The notes below the pieces were generated by a model, which worked only from the letters and a program-made list of their open reading frames with translations, made no database searches and was not told the DNA's origin. This document shows positions 9,704-19,569 of a stretch of DNA of 62,572 nucleotides, in pieces; within the stretch, counting starts at the first letter, position 1; each line of letters begins with the position of its first letter. Both the position numbers and the translations under genes were made by a program. This DNA is from an uncultured Myxococcales bacterium (GTDB lineage: Bacteria > Myxococcota_A > Polyangia > Fen-1088). Where the stretch lies: the NCBI GenBank assembly GCA_964431675.1, contig CAYSKR010000110.1:1-62572 (forward strand), written 5' to 3'.

Positions 9704-10624
9704 ATGAATAAACCTTCTCATCGTACACACACGTCCATTTTACTTTCTGCCGTCCTCGCGTGCTCGGCCTTTGCGGCCTGTAGCAGCGGCGACCCGGCCC
9801 CGTCCGCAACCGGTGGCACGACCGGATCGGCCGGCAAAGGCGGCACCGGCGGCACGACTGGTACCGGCGGCACGACTGGCACCGGCGGCACGACTGGCAC
9901 CGGCGGCAAAGGCGGTGCCGGCGGCACGACTGGCACCGGCGGCAAAGGCGGTGCCGGCGGCACGACTGGCACCGGCGGCACGACTGCGACCGGCGGCACG
10001 ACTGGCGCGGTCGTCAAGATCCTCATCAGCAATCCGGCCTCGCCCGGCACGGCGGACGATCCGCTTGGCACGCGCATCATGGGCCTCGGCATGACGCCAG
10101 TGTTCGTTGATGCGCTAGCGACTCCCGATGCAGCCAACACCAAGCTCATCATCATCGGCGACTCCTCGCCGACGGGCGCGTTTGAGCCGAACGCCAAGCT
10201 CTACGCCGCAATGAACGTTCCAATCATCTGCACCAAGCCGCGGGTCACCGGGCTCCTCGGCCTGACCGGCATCGTGGCCGGGACCGACCTTGAGGTGGCG
10301 GACGGCCAGACGGAAATCACGATCACGCTGCCGACGCATGCGCTCGCGGCGGGCCTCAGTGGCATGGTGACGGTATCATCAGCGCCCGAGCAAATGGGCT
10401 GGGGCCTTCCGGCGTCCGGCGGCATCACCATCGCCACCATGGTGGGCGCGGCCGCGAGGTCGACCATCTTCGCCTACCCGAAGGACGCGATGACCGCGAT
10501 GGGCAAGGCACCAGCCAAGCGCGTTTCGTTGTTCCTGCGCTCTGGCCACACCTCGAAAGATGTGCTGACCCCAGACGGTTGGAAGATCTTCGACGCGGCG
10601 GTCAAGTGGGCCACCACCCCGTAA
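9704..10624 (+). CDS. lipoprotein with Gly/Thr-rich repetitive linker and uncharacterised C-terminal domain
   Basis: MNKPSHRTHTSILLSAVLACSAFAACSSG (lipobox-like FAAC), then (GGTTGT)n/(GKGGAGGTTGTG)2. An alternative ATG lies at 9680. The 5' end of the gene is visibly AT-richer than its surroundings. Confidence 0.7.
   Translation: MNKPSHRTHTSILLSAVLACSAFAACSSGDPAPSATGGTTGSAGKGGTGGTTGTGGTTGTGGTTGTGGKGGAGGTTGTGGKGGAGGTTGTGGTTATGGTTGAVVKILISNPASPGTADDPLGTRIMGLGMTPVFVDALATPDAANTKLIIIGDSSPTGAFEPNAKLYAAMNVPIICTKPRVTGLLGLTGIVAGTDLEVADGQTEITITLPTHALAAGLSGMVTVSSAPEQMGWGLPASGGITIATMVGAAARSTIFAYPKDAMTAMGKAPAKRVSLFLRSGHTSKDVLTPDGWKIFDAAVKWATTP
9811..10006 (+). repeat. in-frame tandem repeat (18-nt GGCACGACTGGCACCGGC-type units and two 36-nt units) encoding a Gly/Thr linker
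   Basis: Near-identical units read directly. ggcaaaggcggtgccggcggcacgactggcaccggc occurs twice back to back (9904-9975). Confidence 0.85.
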
Positions 10625-10654
10625 CGGCGACTTCTCACCGACCTATCAGACCAC

Positions 10655-10692
10655 AAAAGGGCTGCCGCATTTGCGGTGGCCTTTTTGTTTTG
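10655..10692. terminator. bidirectional intrinsic terminator between convergent genes
   Basis: A-tract, then stem GGGCTGCCGC/GCGGTGGCCC (two G-U pairs), then T-tract (aaaagggctgccgcatttgcggtggcctttttgtttt). It lies between the stops at 10624(+) and 10710(-). Confidence 0.55.
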
Positions 10693-10709
10693 TCGTCGGC
10701 TGCGGATTC

Positions 10710-11267
10710 CTAGAAGGCACCGTCGACGCGAAAGCCGCATTTGTCACACGGTGTCGGCGTGGCGCGAATACCGCACATGCACACGGTTCCAGCGGGCCGG
10801 GCGGGATTGCCAACCACCAGGGCAAAATCTGGCACGTTGCGGGTAACGACGGCGCCGGCTCCGACCATGCAGAAGCGGCCGAGGGTGATGCCCGGAAGCA
10901 CCGTGGCGTTGGCACCAATCGACGCGCCCTGGCGCACCAGGATCGGGTCCACGGTCCAGTCCGACTCGCGCTTGGCTGAGCCGTCGGGATTGATGGCACG
11001 GGGCACGCGGTCATTGGTGAAACACACGTGCGGACCCACAAAGACGCCGCGTTCCAGGGTAACCCCGTGAAAAATCGACACGTGATTCTGAATCTTGCAG
11101 TCATCGCCGATGTGAACATCGCAGTCGACGTAAACGCCCTTGGACAGGACGCAGCGTGCGCCGATGCGCGCGCGCTCCCGCACGTGTACCCAGTTCCAGA
11201 TCTTGGTGCCCTCACCAATGGTCGCGGTTGGATGAACCTCGGCCGTCGAGTGGACGAACGCCGACAT
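10710..11267 (-). CDS. left-handed beta-helix (hexapeptide) N-acetyltransferase, WbpD/WlbB-like, with C-terminal Cys4 ribbon
   Basis: Hexapeptide repeats (IGEGTKIWNWVHV..., IGANATVLPGITLG...). C-terminus CMCG...CDKCG. Paralog of 23003..23590. Confidence 0.85.
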   Translation of the reverse strand: MSAFVHSTAEVHPTATIGEGTKIWNWVHVRERARIGARCVLSKGVYVDCDVHIGDDCKIQNHVSIFHGVTLERGVFVGPHVCFTNDRVPRAINPDGSAKRESDWTVDPILVRQGASIGANATVLPGITLGRFCMVGAGAVVTRNVPDFALVVGNPARPAGTVCMCGIRATPTPCDKCGFRVDGAF

Positions 11268-12328
11268 CAGCCGTGGGCCTCGACGCGGCGGCGGACTTCC
11301 TCGGTCAGTTGGACGGCCACGACCGCGTCTTCGGCGGTGATGGGCAGCGAGTGGCCCAGGGTCACTGCTCGCCAGAAAGCACCGAGTTCTTCCAGCAGGG
11401 GCTCGCGCCGCTCGATCCCGAGTTCCATTTTGTCAGGCGAGGCAAACGAAAGCAGGTAGCTGTCGAAGTACGGGATGCTGTCGGGGCTGAGCCGGTTTTC
11501 AGCCAGCAACGGGTTTTGCCGAAACAGAGTCACTTGCTGCGTGGTCAAGTTCACTTCCAGGTAGCCGGAAGTGCCGGTCAGCTCGATGCGCCGGATCTTG
11601 ACCGGGGTTCGCCAGTTGACCTGCAACTGCATGCCCGCGCCGTTCGACATCCGGCCCAGCACCAGCACCGAGTCGAGCCGGTTGTCATGACGGTGGCCCG
11701 CGGCGTCCAGAATCTCGACGTTGGCCCCGGTGATAAAACGCGCCAGATCGAAGTCGTGCACCGCCAGATCCACCAGGACGTCACCCAGCGACGAGGCGTC
11801 CGCCGGGGTGCCGCCGACGCGGCGAAAGCTCATCTGCACGAGATCGCCGATCACTCGGTCGGACACCAGCTTGCGCGCGGCAACGGCGGCGGGGTTGAAT
11901 CGCTCGATGTGCCCGACGGTCAGGATCGATCCCGAGCGTTGCGCAAGGTCTGCCAGCGCGCGTCCTTGCACCGACGTCGAGGCGATGGGCTTCTCGATCA
12001 GCAGTGGGATTTTCGCCTCGATGAGAGACTGCGCCAGCTCGAAGTGAAGGGGCGTGGGGGCGGCGATGGCAGCACAAGCGGGGCGCTGTCCGTTGGCAAA
12101 GGCCGCCGTGACCTCGGCCATGGACGCGAACACGTGGCAGGACGGGTTGTCTTGCGAGGCGCGCTTGCGCCGCTCCTCGCTCGGATCAAGGACGCCCCAC
12201 ACGGCGACCGGACCCCCGATCTCGCGCGTCACGCGGGCGTGCTTGGTGCCCATGTTGCCGTACCCAACGATCAACATCGTACAGGGCGTCACGCCACGCT
12301 TGTTAGCAGGCGGTTTTGTGGCTGACAA
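11267..12328 (-). CDS. Gfo/Idh/MocA-family NAD-dependent sugar oxidoreductase (WbpB-like)
   Basis: MLIVGYGNMGTKHA Rossmann start and typical Gfo/Idh/MocA length. Its stop overlaps the start of the downstream acetyltransferase by 1 nt (11267). Confidence 0.85.
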   Translation of the reverse strand: MSATKPPANKRGVTPCTMLIVGYGNMGTKHARVTREIGGPVAVWGVLDPSEERRKRASQDNPSCHVFASMAEVTAAFANGQRPACAAIAAPTPLHFELAQSLIEAKIPLLIEKPIASTSVQGRALADLAQRSGSILTVGHIERFNPAAVAARKLVSDRVIGDLVQMSFRRVGGTPADASSLGDVLVDLAVHDFDLARFITGANVEILDAAGHRHDNRLDSVLVLGRMSNGAGMQLQVNWRTPVKIRRIELTGTSGYLEVNLTTQQVTLFRQNPLLAENRLSPDSIPYFDSYLLSFASPDKMELGIERREPLLEELGAFWRAVTLGHSLPITAEDAVVAVQLTEEVRRRVEAHG

Positions 12329-12367
12329 GCCGCGCGGCGGCGGCGAGGAAGTGACCCGGGACCGACT

Positions 12368-12949
12368 TCAGGCAGACGCTGTGCGCTGGCTGCGCCAGGT
12401 GACGGCCATGGCGAGGAGGTCCACGACGCACATGCTCACGAACAGCGCATTGAACGACACCAGCGAAACGATGAGACCACCCGCGATGGCGGCGAAGCCG
12501 GTTGCCAGGTGACTGCCACCGGCCCACAGGGCCCAGTGCCGGGCGGATCCGGCCTCGACGTCCTCGGTGAACAGCGAGTCCCATGCCGGCTCGATGAACC
12601 CGGTTGCGAGTCCAATGGCGATCTGCACGGCGAAAAGTTGCCAGGTGTTGCGAACGAAGATGTAGGCGAGGTCGCAGACGGCGGACAGCGCGAACCCCGC
12701 CATCAAAAACTTCATCAGGTGGACCTGAAACCACGGCTGTGTCCCCACGACGATCACCGCCACGCCCGTGGCGATCGAGAACACCGCAAACGCGATGCCC
12801 GCGTCGAGGATGTTGCCGCCGACTTCTTCAGTGAAAGTCGAGTAGATAGGGACCAGCATCGACTCCGCAAACGTCGTCAGGAAGCTGATCTTGAGCAAGA
12901 CCTTCGCCTGCCTTGACAGGGGCAAGGACAGGGTTGCGACGGCGGTCAT
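12368..12949 (-). CDS. half-size MFS-like membrane protein (about 6 TM)
   Basis: 193 aa with about 6 hydrophobic segments. Its pattern resembles the N-terminal half of an MFS transporter, but there is no clear motif A. It may be truncated. Confidence 0.45.
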   Translation of the reverse strand: MTAVATLSLPLSRQAKVLLKISFLTTFAESMLVPIYSTFTEEVGGNILDAGIAFAVFSIATGVAVIVVGTQPWFQVHLMKFLMAGFALSAVCDLAYIFVRNTWQLFAVQIAIGLATGFIEPAWDSLFTEDVEAGSARHWALWAGGSHLATGFAAIAGGLIVSLVSFNALFVSMCVVDLLAMAVTWRSQRTASA

Positions 12950-13065
12950 GAGCGGCGCGTGTTTTACATCAAAACCGACGGCGGAGCGTCGCCAGCCATT
13001 GCGCCCTTGCAGGGCGCGCGCCTTGTCGGGGCACGACAGTCCATGGTACGTGCAACGGAGGATTC

Positions 13066-13920
13066 ATGCGCATCGCGTTCGTCATGCCGGCTTTCAACGA
13101 GGAGGAACTCCTTGGCGAAACCGTGGATGGCGCGTTGCCCGTCTCGGATCTGATCGTGATCGTCAACGATGGATCGACCGACGGCACGGGCGCCATCGCC
13201 GATGGCTACCGGGCGCGGTACCCCGGACGGGTGGCGGTGATCCACCAGCAGAACACCGGAATCGGTGGGGCGGTGAAGGCCGGAATTTCACTGCTGCTGG
13301 AGCGATCGGACGTCGACGCCATCGGCATCACGGCGTCCGACAATCAGTGCGATCCGGCGCTGATTCCGGTGTTTCGCCACATCCTGGAGACCGAGCCGTC
13401 GATCAATCTGGCCAAGGGCTCGCGTTTCTTGCACCCCGAGTCGCTGCACAGCATGCCGCGCTTTCGCTACTACGGAAATCGCGGCGTCTCCTTCGCCATG
13501 CAGCTCGTGCTCGGGTACCACGGCATGACCGACGTCCTGCACGGGTTCCTGCTGGCACGCACGGACGTGTTTCGCCGCATGGATTTTTCCCGCATCGCGC
13601 AGGGCTACGATCTTGAGAACACCATGATGGCCGAGTTTCGCCGTCTCGGTTGCAACGCGGGTCTGGTGCCCAGCCCCTCGCGCTACGGCCGCGCCAAGTC
13701 GAAAATCGTCTACCGAACGCAGATTCCCAGGACGCTCGGGCGCTTCGGCAACCTCATGCTGCAACGCCTGACCAGTGGTCCCCTCGCCGAGCGGCTCGCG
13801 CCGTTCTTTTTTGCCGTGGGGATCTGGCCGGCCGCGTACGTTGCCATGCGCCTGACCAGCCCCCAAGTGCGGATCTTTCCCGCCGATGCGGTCGCGGGGC
13901 CCGACTCGAAAAAGCCATGA
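13066..13920 (+). CDS. family 2 glycosyltransferase, polyprenyl-phosphate sugar synthase-like (GtrB/ArnC/DPM1-like)
   Basis: MRIAFVMPAFNEEELL...VIVNDGSTDGT. One C-terminal hydrophobic segment. The stop overlaps the next start (ATGA at 13917-13920). Confidence 0.85.
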   Translation: MRIAFVMPAFNEEELLGETVDGALPVSDLIVIVNDGSTDGTGAIADGYRARYPGRVAVIHQQNTGIGGAVKAGISLLLERSDVDAIGITASDNQCDPALIPVFRHILETEPSINLAKGSRFLHPESLHSMPRFRYYGNRGVSFAMQLVLGYHGMTDVLHGFLLARTDVFRRMDFSRIAQGYDLENTMMAEFRRLGCNAGLVPSPSRYGRAKSKIVYRTQIPRTLGRFGNLMLQRLTSGPLAERLAPFFFAVGIWPAAYVAMRLTSPQVRIFPADAVAGPDSKKP

Positions 13921-15587
13921 AACGGCAGGACGCAACGCCGCTTCCCGGTCGCGTGAACTTGGCCTTCCCGCGTCACGGTCGGGTGGCGCTTTTCATCGCC
14001 GCGTTTCTGCTCTACCTGGTGTCGACCAGCCGCGAGGACACCTGGGCCGACGCCCGGCCATTGTGGGACGTCGCCGAAAGCATCGTGTACCACGGCCGGG
14101 TGAACATCTCCACGCGCTGGCCACCCGATCTGCCGCTCGGCGCGGACGGCAAGATCTACGCCGCTTCGCCGCTGCTCCCGTCGCTCGTCCAGATCCCGGG
14201 CGCGGCGCTCAAGCGCGCGCTCACGCGGTTGTTTCCAGAAGGCGCTGGCGATGCCAAGCCGCTGTTCGCGCGCCTTGCGCCCGCGGCGCTGGCGGCGCTG
14301 ACCTGCGTGATGTTTTTCGGGCTGGCCGAACGTCTGGGTGCCAGTGTTCTGGCCTCGGCCATCGGCACCCTGATGCTGGCACTCGGAACGACGCTGTGGG
14401 TTTACGCGCGCTCGCCTTACTCCGAAGCGCTGCAGGCGTTCTGCTTCACCGGATTTTTCGGGCAGCTCTGGCGATCAAGCGAACAGCCGACCAGGCGTCA
14501 CGCGCTCCTGCTCGGCCTCTGGGCGGGCTTGCTGGTGAGTGCCAAGTACAACTACGCGCTCATGGTGCCGGGTGCAGGGCTGTTTCTTCTGTGGACCTTG
14601 CGCTCGCGCTGGCGCGATCTGGCTCGCGTCGCGGCCTATGCGTCGGTGGCCCTGGCGCCCTTCTTGATGGCGATCCTGGTGTACAACCAGGTGCGCTGGG
14701 GAGCGCCCCTGACCAGCGGCTACCGCGTGATGAGCGTGCCCATCTTTCAGGGAAAGATCGTATTCGGGTTGTGGGGGCTTTTCCTTTCCCCCGGCAAGAG
14801 CGTGTTTCTCTACAGCCCGCCGTTGCTGCTGTTGCTGCCAGCCGTCGGCGTCGTGTGGCGCCGCCGACCGACCCTCGCGTGGGCGATCATCGCCACGACG
14901 GTACCTTCGATCCTGCTTTTCGCCGCCCTGCCGTACTGGGCTGGCGACTACGCCTGGGGCCCCCGATATCTCGTGTTCGCGGTGCCGGTGCTGCTGTTGC
15001 CGGTGTGCCTCTGGATCGACGAGGCCCTGGCCCTGCCCGCCGGATGGGACCAGCGCACGAAGCTGACGGCGATGGGCGTCTTGTTCCTGCTGGGGCTGGG
15101 CGTGCAGGGGCTCGGCAACGCATTTCACTGGGACCACTGGATTCGCCTCGCCAAGGACGCCCGCGCCGAGTGGCTCGGCACCGCGAATATCAGCGGCGTT
15201 TACACGCCGATGTCTGACTCGCGCAGCGAGCGCAACTGCGGCGCATGTTTTGAGGACATGCACCCAATCCAATGGTTGCCGCCCTTTGCCCCGATTCCTG
15301 GGCACTGGTGGCTGCTCCGCCACGTGGCGCAGCAGCACGATGCGGTCACGGCAGAAGCCGATGGTCCGTGGCGGCGCTACACGCGCCTGCGCATCAACAT
15401 CACCGCAGCGTACGGCCGGGCGCGATTCGACTGGTGGTTCCTGGACTATCCCGGCAACAAGCGAGCCGTCGGGCTCGGCCTTTTGACCATGATGATTTTT
15501 GGGCTTCTCGTCGCCGGGCGATCATTTGCAGCCTGTGTGCTTGCCGCGCGCGGATCGCGGGCTCCGAGCTCTGCGTCTACCGCTTGA
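13917..15587 (+). CDS. GT-C fold membrane glycosyltransferase (ArnT/PMT-like), paralog A
   Basis: ATG 13917 (MKRQDATPLPG...). Polytopic, with an early periplasmic loop carrying acidic residues (STSREDTWADARPLWDVAES). Clear paralog of 49472..51172. Confidence 0.72.
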   Translation: MKRQDATPLPGRVNLAFPRHGRVALFIAAFLLYLVSTSREDTWADARPLWDVAESIVYHGRVNISTRWPPDLPLGADGKIYAASPLLPSLVQIPGAALKRALTRLFPEGAGDAKPLFARLAPAALAALTCVMFFGLAERLGASVLASAIGTLMLALGTTLWVYARSPYSEALQAFCFTGFFGQLWRSSEQPTRRHALLLGLWAGLLVSAKYNYALMVPGAGLFLLWTLRSRWRDLARVAAYASVALAPFLMAILVYNQVRWGAPLTSGYRVMSVPIFQGKIVFGLWGLFLSPGKSVFLYSPPLLLLLPAVGVVWRRRPTLAWAIIATTVPSILLFAALPYWAGDYAWGPRYLVFAVPVLLLPVCLWIDEALALPAGWDQRTKLTAMGVLFLLGLGVQGLGNAFHWDHWIRLAKDARAEWLGTANISGVYTPMSDSRSERNCGACFEDMHPIQWLPPFAPIPGHWWLLRHVAQQHDAVTAEADGPWRRYTRLRINITAAYGRARFDWWFLDYPGNKRAVGLGLLTMMIFGLLVAGRSFAACVLAARGSRAPSSASTA

Positions 15588-16407
15588 ACGCCGGTGGACG
15601 CTTGGCCATGTTCGCCGCGTGGGCCGCGCGGAAGTCGGCCCCCGCCAGGCACTCCACTTGCGCCACAGTCTCTGCGGCGAGGGCGGTCGGCAAATCCAGG
15701 GTGGCCTCGCGATCGAGCATTTCCTTGGTCAAAGCCACGGCGCGCGTCGGACCGGCGGCGAGACGCGCGGCAAGTGCCTGGGCTTCTTCGAGCAAGCGAT
15801 CGCTCGCCACGATGTGGTTGAACAGGCCCATGGCATGCGCCTGCTCGGCCCCGATGATGTCGCCGGTGAGCAGCAACTCGCTCGCGCGGCCGAGCCCCAC
15901 GACCCGCGGCAAGAGCCACGTGACCCCCATCTCGGCCGACGACAACCCCACCTTGGGGAACACGAACCCGATTTGCGCCTCCGGCGAGGCCAGGCGGATA
16001 TCTGCCGCCAGCGCAAGCGCCGCTCCGCCGCCGACCGCGATCCCATTAACGGCGGCGATGACGGGCTTTCCAAGCTGTCGCAAGGCCAGAACCACGTCAT
16101 TGGCCAGCCGGGCGAAGGCATGTAGCCGTTCGCGATCGGCGTCGACCAGCACGCCGATGATTTCGCGCACGTGGCCACCGGAGCAGAAGCCCCGCCCTGC
16201 CCCGGTGATCACCAGCGCTCTGGCCTGTGGCAGATCCGCGAGCGCCCGCGCAACCTCGTGCAGCTCGCGGTAGGTGTCGAAGGTCAGGGCGTTGAGAGCA
16301 TCCGGCCGGTTCAGGGTCAGCGTCGCGACGCCCCGGTCATCAACATCGAGGCGAAAGGTTTTGGGGGCGGGCAGCACGCATGCCGGATATACCGCGCGCT
16401 TGACCAT
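15577..16407 (-). CDS. enoyl-CoA hydratase/isomerase (crotonase) family protein
   Basis: LTLNRPDALNALT..., ITGAGRGFCSGGHV, AAVNGIAVGGGAALALAADIRL. Convergent with the GT-C gene and overlapping it by 11 nt. Confidence 0.9.
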   Translation of the reverse strand: MVKRAVYPACVLPAPKTFRLDVDDRGVATLTLNRPDALNALTFDTYRELHEVARALADLPQARALVITGAGRGFCSGGHVREIIGVLVDADRERLHAFARLANDVVLALRQLGKPVIAAVNGIAVGGGAALALAADIRLASPEAQIGFVFPKVGLSSAEMGVTWLLPRVVGLGRASELLLTGDIIGAEQAHAMGLFNHIVASDRLLEEAQALAARLAAGPTRAVALTKEMLDREATLDLPTALAAETVAQVECLAGADFRAAHAANMAKRPPAFKR

Positions 16408-16440
16408 CGGTGCCAGTCGACCGAATGTGTTTCCTGGATG

Positions 16441-16530
16441 TTGGCGTAACTATGTGAAATTATTTATTTAAGTATAAAAACATTGGCACTCTCGGTCGGT
16501 GCTTGACAGCCGGGTGATCGTGCTTAACTC
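16441..16530 (+). promoter_or_regulatory. AT-rich divergent intergenic region with candidate promoter for the fmdB-like/groESL unit
   Basis: An AT-rich island of about 40 nt (tatgtgaaattatttatttaagtataaaaaca) in otherwise GC-rich DNA. Perfect TTGACA at 16503-16508. The only -10 candidate (TTAACT, 16524-16529) has a short 15-nt spacer. Confidence 0.3.
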
Positions 16531-16571
16531 TTACCCGCTCACCCGACGGAACCCCCCAACGGAACCTGTGG

Positions 16572-16976
16572 ATGCCTGTCTACGAGTACGAATGCAACGC
16601 TTGCAACCTTCGCTTCGAAGAACAGCAGAAGATGGCGGATCCGCCGATCCGCGTCTGCCCAAAGTGCAAGAAGCGCAAGGTGGAACGGCTCATCAGCGCC
16701 ACGTCGTTCATTCTCAAGGGCGGTGGCTGGTACAAGGATCTGTACTCCAGCAACAAGTCGGGCGACTCGTCGAGTTCGAAGGAAGACAGCAGTTCGAGCG
16801 ACGCCAAGGCGAGCGACACCAAATCCGCCGATGCCAAGGTGGCCGACGCCAAGGCGAGCGACACCAAATCCGCCGATGCGAAGGTGGCCACGTCTGCCGA
16901 CAAGCCGGCCAGCAAAGAATCGACGGCCAGCAAAGAATCCAAGGCTTCAGGCAAGAAAGCCGCGGCGACCAAGTAG
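16572..16976 (+). CDS. FmdB-family zinc-ribbon protein (CxxC...CxxC) with repetitive Ser/Asp/Lys/Ala tail
   Basis: MPVYEYECNACNLRFEE...VCPKCKKRKVERLIS is the FmdB/CxxC_CxxC_SSSS signature. The tail carries a duplicated DAKASDTKSADAKVA. Confidence 0.85.
   Translation: MPVYEYECNACNLRFEEQQKMADPPIRVCPKCKKRKVERLISATSFILKGGGWYKDLYSSNKSGDSSSSKEDSSSSDAKASDTKSADAKVADAKASDTKSADAKVATSADKPASKESTASKESKASGKKAAATK
16800..16889 (+). repeat. 45-nt in-frame tandem duplication (2 copies, 1 mismatch)
   Basis: gacgccaaggcgagcgacaccaaatccgccgatgccaaggtggcc at 16800-16844 is repeated at 16845-16889 with one C-to-G difference. Confidence 0.9.
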
Positions 16977-17020
16977 GCACCGCGCAAATGACCGTCAACG
17001 ACTGAACGAAGGAGAACATC

Positions 17021-17308
17021 ATGAAGGTACGACCGCTTTACGATCGCATTCTGGTCAAGCGCCTCGAGGAAGAAACCAAGACCGCGGGCGGCTTGTTCAT
17101 CCCCGACACCGCCAAGGAAAAGCCCCAGGAGGGCATGGTGGTGGCCGTCGGCACCGGCAAGATCCTCGAGGACGGCAAGGTGCGCAAACTCGACATCAAG
17201 GCGGGCGACAAGATCCTGTTCGCCAAGTACTCCGGCAACGACATCCGGATCGACGGCACCGATCACCTGATTCTCAAAGAGGACGACGTCCTCGCGGTTC
17301 TCGAATAG
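17021..17308 (+). CDS. groES: co-chaperonin GroES
   Basis: [43 protein letters not shown]... GGAG RBS upstream. Confidence 0.97.
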   Translation: MKVRPLYDRILVKRLEEETKTAGGLFIPDTAKEKPQEGMVVAVGTGKILEDGKVRKLDIKAGDKILFAKYSGNDIRIDGTDHLILKEDDVLAVLE

Positions 17309-18988
<1,680 letters not shown>

Positions 18989-19024
18989 GGCGTAGCCGAC
19001 GCGGCTTGTCGGCTGGCGTAGACA

Positions 19025-19064
19025 GGGGTCCACTTCGGGTAACCGGGTGGGCCCCTTTTCTTTT
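19025..19064 (+). terminator. intrinsic terminator after groEL
   Basis: Stem GGGGTCCAC/GTGGGCCCC (one G-U pair) with an inner CGG/CCG helix, followed by TTTTCTTTT. Confidence 0.6.
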
Positions 19065-19078
19065 GGGCAAGGCCTATA

Positions 19079-19483
19079 ATGATCGGCGTGAACGAGCCGA
19101 TATCATCGCAGAATCGTCGAACCCCACGCATCGAAGTGTATGCACAGGCCGAACTGGCTGGTCAGGGCGTCTGCATCATCGCCGTGCGCAACGTGTCGGC
19201 CGGTGGGGTGTACCTCGAAGGAACCCCGGCGCAGTATCCGGCCCTTGGCCCGGGTGTCGAACTTGATCTGACGATCTTCGGATCCGAGGATGGACACGGC
19301 GCTGATCCCGAATACAACATCTTGTGCAAAGCGCGGGTCATCCGCATCGATCTGGGAGTCGAGGGCAAGCGGCCACCCGGCTTCGGCGCAACCATCGAAC
19401 CGGTGGACCAGGACGCCCGTGAGCACCTCACCAGCTTGCTGCTGCGCGCTTCGGGCTACCGGGCTGGCCACAAAGCGCCCTGA
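19079..19483 (+). CDS. PilZ domain protein (c-di-GMP-binding type)
   Basis: RRTPRIEV (RxxxR) and NVSAGGVYL (D/NxSxxG) motifs with the correct spacing. Confidence 0.75.
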   Translation: MIGVNEPISSQNRRTPRIEVYAQAELAGQGVCIIAVRNVSAGGVYLEGTPAQYPALGPGVELDLTIFGSEDGHGADPEYNILCKARVIRIDLGVEGKRPPGFGATIEPVDQDAREHLTSLLLRASGYRAGHKAP

Positions 19484-19569
19484 AGAGCTGTCATTTATTG
19501 GACAGCCCGAAAATTGGCCATGCGGCGGCCACGGTGGTATTCCCGATAGTGGTGCTCAAAATCGTCAGG

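Noticed and set aside
9811-10006. Possibility that the short tandem repeats at 9811-10006, 16800-16889 and 61468-61503 are CRISPR-like or intergenic arrays
   Set aside because: There are no unique spacers between units. All three repeats are in frame inside coding sequences and encode repetitive peptide linkers.
16484-16502. Sigma-54-type promoter suggested by TGGCAC
   Set aside because: The nearest downstream TGC is 4 nt too far from the GG for the -24/-12 spacing.
16483-16509. Possible CIRCE (HrcA operator) upstream of groESL
   Set aside because: The left arm TTGGCACTC matches 8 of 9 positions of TTAGCACTC. The sequence 9 nt downstream (GCTTGACAG) matches the required GAGTGCTAA arm at only 4 of 9 positions, so there is no inverted repeat.
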